From Dimorphilus gyrociliatus (taxonomy: Eukaryota > Animalia > Annelida): a stretch of DNA of 64,000 nt. Shown here one piece after another: positions 23,985 to 35,280 of this stretch. The translations under genes were made by a program, and so were the position numbers. The stretch spans positions 4,059,689-4,123,688 of the forward strand of contig CAJFCJ010000005.1 of the NCBI GenBank assembly GCA_904063045.1. The letters are read 5' to 3'. The notes beneath the pieces were generated by a model, which ran no database searches, was not told the origin of the DNA, and saw nothing but the letters and a program-made list of their open reading frames with translations. Numbering within the stretch: the first letter of the stretch is position 1; each line of letters begins with the position of its first letter.

Positions 23985-24953
23985 CTATGAGCTCTTCCTA
24001 TATGGCCCAAAGAATCTTCTCCATAAAGGAAGAATTGTTGTACCAAATGTTTGCAAAGAATATATCAATATGGCTGAAAAGGTTTCGACAATACATTAGT
24101 AAGTGATATAAAGTGAACGAAATAGGAATAAAATAATGCTTACTATCTTTATTTCGTCTAATCATATAAACAAGACAAAATACGAAAGCGATTAAAACTT
24201 GATATCGTAATTTTATATAACGAGATAAAATATCGTAAAAGCCTTTCTTTTTTTCGATAGTTTCTTCTAGTTCTTGCAGCTTTTCCTTATTCTTAGAATC
24301 GATATCGGCAGTTTCCAATTCTTTAGCTTTCATTACATATTTCGTCTTGAGATCATTATCTAGACCACAGCTCTCAGACAGTTTAATAATATCGTTGAAT
24401 TTTTTCTGAGGTGCCAATACATTAACAATATAATTGTCAAGTACTCCAAGATAATGTTCAGACGAAAAATTTGACTTATTATGTAACCATATATGGGCAA
24501 TGGCATTACAAGTTGCGTAGTCTTTGATTTTATAATGTAATTTTAAGCTATAAAAAATCAATTTATTCTTAAAGTTTTATTTTAATTATGAAAAAGAGAA
24601 TAAATCTAATATCTTACCATGTTAAGGTAATCAAACTAGGACAGTCTTCAATACCATTATAAATTTTTGTTACTAGTGGAAAAGCTTCTCTCCATTCGTT
24701 TAGTTCAGCGTAACATTGTATTGCCAATATACAAAATTCTTTTATTAGTTGCTTATTCCTAAATTAAATCAAAGTAACGTATACAGTATCCATTTATCGC
24801 TCAAACTACTTACTCTTCGGAATCTATTTTAGTCTTAAGAACGTCTAAGCATTGTAAGCAAATGTCTAAGGATTCTCGAAACTCTTTATTCATAATTAAT
24901 GAGTTTGCTGATCGGAGATTTGCGCGGAATTCTTCTATAGTTTGGTCTTCCAT
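23985..24953 (-). CDS. PEX26: Peroxisome assembly protein 26 (tail-anchored PEX1/PEX6 receptor)
   Basis: Spliced product: MEDQ...LRSANSLIMNKEFRESLDICLQCL | ...FCILAIQCYAELNEWREAFPLVTKIY...CLKLHYKIKDY...WLHNKSN...YIVNVLAPQKKF... followed by a TM (YQVLIAFVFCLVYMI) and a basic tail from last exon 24073-23985. It aligns by eye to vertebrate PEX26 (LCVVGIQALAEMDRWQEV; WLQDPAN). Confidence 0.8.
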
Positions 24954-25931
24954 AGTCGGCTAAAGTACAACAAATATTTCAATTGCAACGTTCTAAGCGA
25001 AAACTGGTAACAATATCAAAAAAACTAGAACGCGAGTCTTTAACAAGCCAACAAACTAGAAAAACTAGAAAGAAAAGTGATATTTTTTTAAAATAAGCCA
25101 AATAAATAATATGAGAAACGTATAGATTTTTTGTTCTAGTAGCATTTTGTAACAATTTAAAGTCACACTTAGAGATGGTAAACTTGTCAAACTAACTTTT
25201 TTATTATTGTCTACGAGTGAATATAGAAGATATCTATCTTTCTTCTATATAGATAATAGTATAAAGATAAAAGTTAAACAGAAACATAATAATAGAAAGA
25301 TATTTAAAAAATGTAATCAATTTATTTCATTACATAATATATAAACAATTATCAATTTTTTAATATTAATATTATTAATAATATAGCTGAGCATTTTAAT
25401 TGAGTTTTTATAAGGGTTTTTTGTTAGTTTTCATTTTTTACATTAAGAAAATATATAAAACTTTAACGAATATATAACATTAGAATGTTATGTTTATTTG
25501 TTTGAAAGGATTATATCTATTGAATATTAAATAATTCAATAAATCGTTTTTAATTTGTGGTATGAACAACTTTATATTACAATTTCTTAATTGTTTATAT
25601 TCATTTCATTAATAAGTCTATGGAAAATTGTTAAAATTAATAAATTTTTATTAGAAAGTAATAATTATGTATATTTATTTCGTTTTTAAGGTGAATTTGG
25701 AAATATAAAATTCAGTATGATCAGTTAGTGCGGGACTGCTCATCGGCTAAATTGCATTTTGCTAGAAACCAATAAATTGTCGAATTAAAGTTATTGACAC
25801 GCCTTGTTATCAGTTATTACCAAACTCACCCACTATTATATAATGAGGCAAGTATTTTTCACGTGTCGTTTTTTGTTGACTGTTTGACTAAGGCCCTCTA
25901 ATACAAGAATCGCGTTTGTAATTTTTTCAAC

Positions 25932-26587
25932 ATGGCCGACATGATTGTGTTTATTGAATTTCGTCTATTAAAATTACATAACATTATTTTCTTTATAGTC
26001 CTCCAATTAGTAAAGAAAACAAAGATATACTGCAGAAAATGATAATCGACACAATTGCAATGCTTTGTCGATCACATTTTGAGAAAGAACCCTATTTTAG
26101 GCTAGATGGCGTGGTGGGACTAACGCTATCCTCCGATGACGTTGTCCTTATCAATATGCATAAGGAAGTAGAAAATGAAACCGCTTTAATTAGCCATGTT
26201 CGAAAGAGGCCATTGGATGAGAAAGAATTAAACTCTGAAGACATTAAGCGAAGAAAGACGAAGAGGGAACAAGAAGACGATTCAGATTGGGTTGATCTAA
26301 CTGATCATGATATTGAAGTTAAGGAGGAAGTTGACGAACCAAATTATGAAACATTGCCCGATAATACAGCCCGACTAGAAGATGATAATAATCGACAAGA
26401 GGACCACTCTCAGGATGACCGGCAGACAGATACACCTCCAAAGAACAATTGGCCTGGCTTGGCAGGTAGTTCGACATCTTCTGCAGAATTTTGTGCTCCT
26501 GTAGTTGGTAAGATAGTTGCAACACCATTGTCAACAATATCTACTCTTTCAACAACCGGAGTAACATCAGCCGGTTCAACAAAGCAG
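25932..26587 (+). CDS. Common 5' exons of a C2H2 zinc-finger locus: a helical N-terminal module plus an acidic and Ser/Thr-rich linker
   Basis: Exon 25932-25948 and exon 25999-26587: MADMIVPPISKENKDILQKMIIDTIAMLCRSHFEKEPYFRLDGVVGLTLSSDDVVLINMHKEV...GSTKQ, ending at a phase-0 donor CAG|gttcgc. Confidence 0.75.
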
Positions 26588-27660
26588 GTTCGCATATATT
26601 TACTTCGCATTTTCTTGCCTTTAACCCACCCTTCGCCCCTAAAATTTAGCACTATACCAAAGTAATAATTACGAAAGAAAGTCTTAAATAGAATATCTGA
26701 GAGTAAATAAAGAAAATTACGCTTCCTTCGTTTATTCTATATTTAATCTTAATTTAGAAGATTCATACGTAATCTATAGGAAGTAAAGCGTAGTTTTCAA
26801 TCTTTCTTTTCTATTTTCATTTTCCTTATTTGCTTTTATTTACTTCTTTTTCTACTTCTGATTTTCTCATTCTTCTTCTGCTTCTTTTCCTTTCTCTATT
26901 TCCTTCTAGTCAAGTCTAAGTTTTAATTTATTCAACATAAACAAACCGTATTATTGTTATTATTATTATTGTTATTTTCTGTCGTAAATCTTTCTCTCCC
27001 TAGATAAATTATTCATAAGATACGCATGTTAATGAACAAATAGTCACCTGTTAAAAGAAGAAGAAAAAGTAAAACATATAAAATATTCAAAGCACAAAAA
27101 TCAAGTAAAAACAGCCACAACAGCAAGAAAAGATATATAATATCAGAAAGAGATGTGATCTATTCTAGTTATAATTAAATCTTTTAATCTTAACATCATT
27201 TAAATAACTAATTAGCGAAGGAAAAATGACAAAAAATAGGACGTTACCTTTTTGCTTAATCTGTGAAAATGAGTCAAATACGTTATCAAATGTATACAAC
27301 CCTTGTATTATAATTATTTTTATAACTTATTTTTTCTTTTATATTTTTTAGTGATAGGTTTATTAGTTTGTTATTTTATTCACTTATTCGTTCATTCACT
27401 CAGTCATTATTTTTATATTAAGTAGTAAAAGGGAAGAAGAAATATTTGGGAGTTGATGACCCATCAATTTTTCAACCAGTACATTTTCACTTTCGTTTTT
27501 ACTCATTTAATATTAGTAATATTTTTTAAAATATGTTCAACTTATAGTGTACAGTATAGAATGTATTAAGAAATGTATTACTTTTATAATCGTTCTACTG
27601 TAAAAGTGCACATCTGCACATTTATTACAGTTTATCCATAATTTTCTTTCTATCGTTTCT

Positions 27661-27672
27661 CTCTCCCTCTCT

Positions 27673-27729
<57 letters not shown>

Positions 27730-27730
27730 A
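27661..27730. repeat. (CT)n microsatellite, slightly interrupted
   Basis: CT dinucleotide run. Confidence 0.9.
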
Positions 27731-28679
27731 TCTCTGTAAAATCAACTATTATTTTGTTTCTGATATACAAATATCCGTTTATAAATTGCAGTTTATATTG
27801 ATATTACGATAAGAGAATGATACAAATACTGATCTGTTCAAGACATATTTTTTCGATTACTTTGAAATATATTTAAAAATAAAAAAAAAGGGGTGAGGAT
27901 GGGAAAGGGAACATTGGGGAGTTGGGGAGAAATGGTTATTTTAAAAAAAAATATACTTTTTCTCTTTTTTTCTTTATGTTCTAAATGGGAAAATTTAAAT
28001 TAGAGATATCAACAAAAAAAAAGTAATAAGTTTACTTATATTCTCAGGTAAAAAAAAAAGAAAAAGATACCTAACAAACATTAATTAACTATATATTTTA
28101 TATAAATTAATATACCTTTTAGTTGTTGGAGAGATTGACTGCTTCGTTCAAAAAAAGAGGGTCTTCTCTTTTTTTGAAATGCTTGTACTAAATTATAGAA
28201 AATAATCTAATATCTTCCTTCTAAATCTATACTATTAATTATGTTTAAAACATGAATTAATTGAATTGTTAACAACAATTAGATCAATGAAATCGAATTG
28301 AAAATTTATCAATTAAATGAATAATAGATTATATGAGAAGAAATCTTGGATAATTTAATAATTTTTTAAATTGAGGCTTAAGAAAAAAATTAAATGAAAG
28401 AACGTTTCGTAGTGAATGAATGTTATCACTTTCAAAGAATTATATTATATAGTCAACTCATGATCTCTTCCTCTCTAATTGTTTGGAATAAGTTTTAAAT
28501 TACTTTTTTTTTCATTGATTTTTCATCTCAATTAAAAAGAATGAAAAAAAAATTAATCCTTTGATTAGTAAACACAAAAGGCTTTTTTTTTTATTTTTGT
28601 TTCGCGTACAAGTTAAAATGAAAATAAAAAAAAATAGAAATAAGGCAAAAGTGCTGACCTGCGGTCTTTCATAACGCAG

Positions 28680-28970
28680 AGAGAAAAAGTAAAGAAGGAA
28701 CCTTCGGTATGCGTCGAATGCGGCAAGTGGTTCTCGAGCAGGGCGCACGTCCGCCGACATATGAGGAAACACACTGGCGAAACACCTTATGCATGCTCTT
28801 TTTGCCAAAGTCGCTTTTCACGTAGTGATGAATTGAAGACGCACGTTGTGCGAAAACACCCAGAACAATGTTGTTATTCATGCAGTTCTTGTACTCAGAG
28901 ATTTGTTAGCGAGAAGCATCTGAGCAGGCACAAGTGTATTAACGATCAAATTAAATTGCCGACAAGTTAG
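28680..28970 (+). CDS. Alternative terminal zinc-finger exon A (three fingers, the last C2HC-like)
   Basis: Branch-like ctgac and acceptor ataacgcag|, phase 0: REKVKKEPSVCVECGKWFSSRAHVRRHMRKHTGETPYACSFCQSRFSRSDELKTHVVRKHPEQCCYSCSSCTQRFVSEKHLSRHKC...*. Confidence 0.82.
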   Translation, partial: REKVKKEPSVCVECGKWFSSRAHVRRHMRKHTGETPYACSFCQSRFSRSDELKTHVVRKHPEQCCYSCSSCTQRFVSEKHLSRHKCINDQIKLPTS

Positions 28971-30005
28971 GAATATTCTTTTTTTTATGTTTTTTTTTGT
29001 GAAGAGAATTTTTGTATATATTCAAATAATTGAATGATAATACAAGAACAAATTGGTTCAATATTGGTATATATTTGAAAAACTATCTCTGAAATTTACT
29101 CATGCCGAAGGTGGCCTCTTGCTGCTGAGGTCGTCGGAAAATTTACTGAACAGAAGTATATATCTCTACACCTATTATGCTTTCTCTCTCTTTTTCTTTC
29201 TTTCTTTCTATCTTTGTTTATATATCTAATATGTATGATCTTCCTCTTTATTCTGTCACTCTGTCTCTCTCTCTTTTTCGCTCTCTCTCTCTCTCTCTCT
29301 CATTTCTAATTCTAATCTATAATACCTCTTCTAGTCTAGTAGTCATCTTTCATCCTCATTTTTTTTTATCTCTCAGTGTGTTTTCACACACCTTCACATA
29401 ATATTTCATAGCGAAATATGTATTCACAATATTATACTATATATGTATATATGCAATATTTGTTATAGTATATACACATAAATATTGACTAAACAATTTC
29501 TCGTATAACGATATCCGGGCGTCGAGAATACGAGAACGTGACCACCTGTTAAGCTGACCAAAGGGAGAAAAAGAAAAAGGTAAAAGAGTAGGAAAGTAGG
29601 AGGATGAGGATGAGGAGAAGGAGGAGAAGGAAAATGAAAAAGAAATTGTGGAAAAATTAAGAGGAATGTGATAAGCGAGAAAGATAAGGAGAAAAAAAAA
29701 GCAAGAAAGAAGTATATTTGTATATTATGGTATATGAATAATTGCTTTTATTAGTAATAAGAGAATTGAATTTAAAAGAATCTATCTATACTGTTTGTTT
29801 TTGAAAAACGTTAATTTTAATAGGAAAGCAAAATAAAGAAGAATAGTTTGCTAAGGAGTTAGAATCTATCATAAATACATAAAATCATATAAGTTGATTA
29901 GCATTAATGGAAAGTTTATGATGTTCTTTCTAGTTTTTTTACTCTTTACTGAATTAAACATTCCATAAATATTCATGATATATAAAGCTAACTGTCCTAT
30001 AATAG

Positions 30006-30150
30006 ATTTGGGAATACTCCCATTGTCATACACCGTTACCTTCACATGGAAACGTTGCCCGACCCGAGAGAACACAGTACGGGTGAAAGGCCATTTCCGT
30101 ACAATCATTGTGGTAAGAGCTTCAAGGGTGGGCAGTTTTTGCAACCGGAT
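30006..30150 (+). pseudogene. Decayed alternative zinc-finger exon B
   Basis: Phase-0 acceptor ctaac...ataatag|, then IWEYSHCHTPLPSHGNVARPERTQ (Cys to Tyr, His to Pro). An extra base at ~30077 shifts the frame, after which TGERPFPYNHCGKSF (Cys to Tyr) continues. Confidence 0.65.
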
Positions 30151-30716
30151 TTTTATATAGGCTTAAAGGCCCTATTCATATTAAGAGAAAAGTGGGCTTT
30201 AGATAATATTGTTGGCTTGTTCATCTTGACTATTTATCATTACTATTTGAATTTTGCGGAAAAAAAGAGACTAAAACAAAACTTTTGGCGAAGATCTTTT
30301 GTTCTCCCGCAAATAAAACGAATGAGAAGAAATTATTAAATAGAATTTGAGATTATTTTTACAACCAAATAATATCATAAAATGATCTCAACAGCAATTA
30401 AAACAAAACCGATGTAAAGTTCTTATCTATGAAGAGAAATAGTCGTATCCCTATCATTCAAGATATTTTGTGATATTTTTAAATCCCTTTTGTTTTTCAT
30501 TGTCTTCTTAGTTTTACCTTTCTGTCTCTTTTTTTTTCTTTCTTTCTATTTTTATGTCATTTTTTTCTGTTTTTTTTACGTAAACAAAAACATCAAAAAA
30601 CAAACAAACAACAAAACAAAACAAACTAAAAGACGAAACTCTTTTGATTTCATACAAAAAAAATAATAAAACAAACAAAAAATTGGAGTTTGCACAACTT
30701 ATTTTTTCTTAAGCAG

Positions 30717-31082
30717 GGAAAGTTGAAAAAGTGCCAAATTTGCCAGAAAGAATTATCAAGTCAAAGAGTACTTAGACGCCACGCCAAGACTCATAATTCG
30801 GAAAGAAAGTTCCTTTGTAAAGTATGCGGAAATTCTTATAAACGATCGGATCATTTAAACGAACACGTTCTTCACAAACATCCTCAAATTGAACGTTTTT
30901 TATGTATGGTTTGCAAGACCAAATTTAAGAAGATGACAGATTTTAAACATCATACAACTACTGTTCATGCTAATACACCAATTATGATAAGAGATTGTGA
31001 TTCGGACGGTTTTATAGAGAAAATTGCGGTTGTAGAATATAATAGAGAGGCCGAAATAGCAGACGCTTCGTTGTTGTCTTAG
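30717..31082 (+). CDS. Alternative terminal zinc-finger exon C (three C2H2 fingers)
   Basis: Acceptor ttttttcttaagcag|, phase 0: GKLKKCQICQKELSSQRVLRRHAKTHNSERKFLCKVCGNSYKRSDHLNEHVLHKHPQIERFLCMVCKTKFKKMTDFKHHTTTVH...*; AATAAA at 31153. Confidence 0.85.
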   Translation, partial: GKLKKCQICQKELSSQRVLRRHAKTHNSERKFLCKVCGNSYKRSDHLNEHVLHKHPQIERFLCMVCKTKFKKMTDFKHHTTTVHANTPIMIRDCDSDGFIEKIAVVEYNREAEIADASLLS

Positions 31083-31377
31083 TTGATTTTGTCAAAAAAA
31101 AGTGTAAATAACCGAAATGTACAAAAAAAAATACGAAAACAAAAATAGCTATAATAAACTAAACACCAAAAAACATCAAAAAAATGAAAGATATACATTA
31201 ACCTATATTTTTAAGTCCTAAAAGAGAAAAAGAACTTTATTAATTAGTTGCATAGAATGAAAGAGAATGTCCTCGTTTTAGGGTTAAACCTAAGAGAAAA
31301 AGTATAAAAACAAACAAAACAACAGCAAAAAAACCAAAACTCTTTAAATATTGACTTTGTACTCTGTATATATATAG

Positions 31378-31650
31378 GTACGGGATAAGCGAACGTGTCA
31401 GCTATGCCTAAAGAGGTTCCCATCTTCAGCACACGTCCATCGACATATGGTGGTTCACACGAAGGAAAAACGCTATGCCTGCCTTTATTGTGATGTCAGA
31501 TACTCGCAAAAAACTCACTTGACAAGTCATATTGCTAAAAAGCATCCAGAAATTTCACCCTTCTCTTGCGATTGCTGTTCAATGAAATTTAAGAGCTATA
31601 AGGAGATGAAAGAACATCGAAACACCAATCATTTCTTATCCTTGGCCTAA
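31378..31650 (+). CDS. Alternative terminal zinc-finger exon D (three C2H2 fingers)
   Basis: Acceptor tatatag|, phase 0: VRDKRTCQLCLKRFPSSAHVHRHMVVHTKEKRYACLYCDVRYSQKTHLTSHIAKKHPEISPFSCDCCSMKFKSYKEMKEHRNTNH...*; AATAAA at 31804. Confidence 0.85.
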   Translation, partial: VRDKRTCQLCLKRFPSSAHVHRHMVVHTKEKRYACLYCDVRYSQKTHLTSHIAKKHPEISPFSCDCCSMKFKSYKEMKEHRNTNHFLSLA

Positions 31651-34600
31651 TCTACGTGATCTTCCCGTTCATTAATCGTAGCTATATGACTATTCGCCTG
31701 TAAACCATTCATCATAATCCGTCAAAAGCAGGGGGAGAAGGGGATGAAACAAGCTCAAGGTCATTAGTAAATTACTGCAAAGATTATCCATAAGAGAAGG
31801 TGGAATAAAAGATTGGTTTGAATAAATGTTTGAGAAGAATTGTTAAGAAAAAGAAAGAATTCTACCTTTTAAGTGGCTGTTTATCTCACGAAAAAGTCAT
31901 TATTGTTCCTTATATATAACAAGTCCGTAATTGCAGTTTCTCTATATAACATCGTAAATAATCCATGATTCTTTTCCAAGTTAAGAAAAGACAAATAAGC
32001 ATGCATACTATAAATAGTATATCAGTATATATGCAATATATACCATATGTAAAAGAAAATGCAATAATTCTTTGATGAACATGTTCTATACTGTCAGAGT
32101 TTATCCCTCCAAAGAAAACCTATGAGGGCGGAAGAACATTTCTCTACTCGGGTTGTGGGAACCTTGTTTTCGACTTAGCCGCCCCTAATTATAGCTCAAA
32201 GTCGATCCGAAGCCAAAATATTTCGCAATTTCCCATCATTTTATTTATGAAATATAGTGAACTATTTTCAAACGAAACTAAACTCACGAAATCATTTTCT
32301 CGGTCGCAATCTAAAGCACGCAAATCATCTAGACTTTCATTAAACAAATTATACCGATTACTAAAGATTCCCAGTATTCCCTCCTTCCTTCCTGCTTCTT
32401 TTCCGTTCTCTTTCTCTCTTTTCTTTTTATTATTAGAGGAATTGAAACAATTGAAGGTCCATCCATAAGTTACGTAATGGATGTTTTACTTGTTCTTCTT
32501 ATATTTTCCATAATAAATTTTATTAAGTAAATAGAGCTATGAATTAATAAAAACTCTACTTGAAACCATTTTCCTTTCTTCATTCAATCTCTTTAATATC
32601 CTAAGCTTTGATTCTCTGTCTTTCTTTCTCTCTCTCTCTCTCTCTCTCGACCACTTTCATAATATAGCTTCTTTTTCCCTTTAATCCGAATTAATTCCCC
32701 CCTTCTACTTTTTAAATTACACATTCCATCTTACAACAATATGCGCTTATGTACACGAATACATAATTAAACATTCATTCATTCATTCACCCATTTATTT
32801 CATTTCGCCTTTCTTCCCTTCCATCTAAAGTCACCGATACACAATTAAATTACGCAATGGGTAACGTAAGAATCTATTTTAAAGCTTTTTCGACAGTTGG
32901 ACATAAAGGAAGAATTGATTGATTTTGGGTAGCACGTAACTGTGTTGCCCAGAAGTTTGTCTTGGCTTTTAACAGATGATGAAAACGTCTACAAGATGCA
33001 AATTAAATGATTTACGGTAACAGATAAACCCTCTAGAGGATATTCAATAACACATAAGGTTTCCTCTTTATTAGTCACTTATAGAGTATACGACTTACAC
33101 CTGCTGGCAAATTTGCAAAGTTTTAACGAATGACATTAGAAGACAAAGGAAAGAGGAATTCATTAGAATTATTAGTCGTTCTTGCCTCTTTCCTCGAAAA
33201 TAAAAAGGATGAGAATTAAGAGACGCAATAAGAATATCAATAATCAACTATACAAGTATAGTACACTTTTTTATTAGTCAAAGTAAGAAACGTTCATCGT
33301 AAGTGGAGGTGTCATCACTAAAAAACCATCACAATTAATTAAATTATATCCAAAAGGCATTTGCTATTTCTTTTCTCTCGTTTATAATCTCCTTTCTTCT
33401 ACATCATTAATTAGGCAAGAAATTGACATAAGATGCACTACTTCCGCTTTTCAACCTAATAACCCAATAGTAATTTTATTCAAGTGAACGCAGAAAATTA
33501 TTAACCTTTGCACGATACTTACCTGTATTTGAAAGTCACTTTCTATGCCTCTTCGTCTGCCTATCTTTCTATACTGTATCTCTTCTCTCTCTCTCTCTCT
33601 CTCTTTTTTTTTCTTTTTATTTTGCTTCTCTATCCCTGTCTCTATCTCTCCGTATTTCTCTTCATTATGCTGTAATGCTAAGTAAAATGAATATTTCTTT
33701 GGAAAAAGTTACTTCGCATAAGACTGAGCATAACACAACCTGGCAATTAACGAAGGTAATAAATAGATGCTTTAGCAACTTTCATGTCACAAAATTCCAA
33801 TAGATTGGCTATTTCTTTAGATAAATTAAAAAAAAAAACCAATACCAGATAAGTGAGTTAGTTTTCATTAATCAAAGAAACTTATGCGCCTACGGGAAGA
33901 AGAAGAAAAAGACAGGAAAAGATATTTCATACAAAAGGACGATGGAAAATAGGGTATTAAAGAGGTATGAAGAAGAACAAAGAAAGAAGAAAGTTGGAAA
34001 AAAATTGAAAATAAAAGTTGAGAATAAACTGGACGGTATCGTCCGTAAAGATAGTCAAAAGAAAGCGTGACATACATGAAGGATAAGGCCAAAATGGAAT
34101 ACAAATTTAGCACCTAAATTCTAGAATTTCCCACCATTGGCCATTCTGCACACTTTAGCCGAATAATTCAGAATATGTTTTCCCTGTTTTTTTTACTGAG
34201 TAATACATAGATAATAAATAAAAGCAAAAAGTGGGGCACAGAGGTAGGGGGACGGAGAAAGAGAAAGGGAGAGAGAGGAGCGGGAAAGAATTGACAAACA
34301 TTAAAAAACAAGCACTTTTTCAGGTCAACATTCGCATAATACAAAACATGTGAAAAAAGCATTATAGTAGAGGAAATCAACATGACTAACAATAAGGCTA
34401 AAGTAATAGATATACAAATAAAAAAACGTATAAAAATGTTGAATATGTCATTTATTATCACCTAAAATGATTATTTCGTTAAGTTACGTAAGAGTCAACT
34501 GGAAATAAGCGACAAAACTTTATAATAGCAAACAATAAGAAGAGAGAAACCTTTCAAAAAAATCTGTACTAAAGAAAAGAAGAGTAAATAAAGGGCTTTT

Positions 34601-35280
34601 TTACTGCAATACAGCGCTTTTTTTATACAGATTTTTTTTTGCAGTGTTACAGCAGCCAATTTATTTTATATAGCTGCAATTCCGCTAAGGTAAAAGTTAA
34701 AATATCTCAAAATTTGCAATATTTATGTTTGGTTCTCTAGTGAATTTTCTCGACATATAACTAGGCATATATACTGTATATACATATATATATTTATATG
34801 TATATACTGTTTTATATATATATCATATTTTCCTCCATCGCAATTGTCTGTAAATATTTATATTCATTAAGGGATTTCAAAATGTCTCGTCTATAATATA
34901 TCAAGGTAATAGGAGCAATTATCTGTTTTTTAAGAAAAAATTGTTGGAAGAGAGAAAACTAAGGAAGAGAAAGAGCGTTACCCATCAAGTATGATATTTA
35001 GTGCACTTTTCACAATAAAAAAAGTTATTTAGCTGGGATTTTTTCTATATTATTACTATTATAACCAGTGCTTCTACTGGTTTGAGTATCTCTTTACTTT
35101 TGTCGCTAAGTAGAAAAAGAATAAAATAGTCCACAAATAGGTTACAGTATAGTGTGTCCTTTAAACTTAAAAAAAAATCAATAGTCTGCTCACCTTCCCT
35201 TTTTAACAAAAAAAAAAGGATATCTGCAGCATATTTATACATTGTTTTATTGATATTAAAAAGAAATAGTGATGAATCTG

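Noticed and set aside
27044-27180. Basic 44-aa phase-0 open frame (SPVKRRRKSK...) as a possible fifth terminal exon of the zinc-finger locus
   Set aside because: Weak acceptor, A-rich composition and no finger or homology evidence.
33868-34461. Hydrophobic minus-strand ORFs downstream of the first GPCR
   Set aside because: Purine-rich opposite-strand bias explains them; no GPCR motifs.
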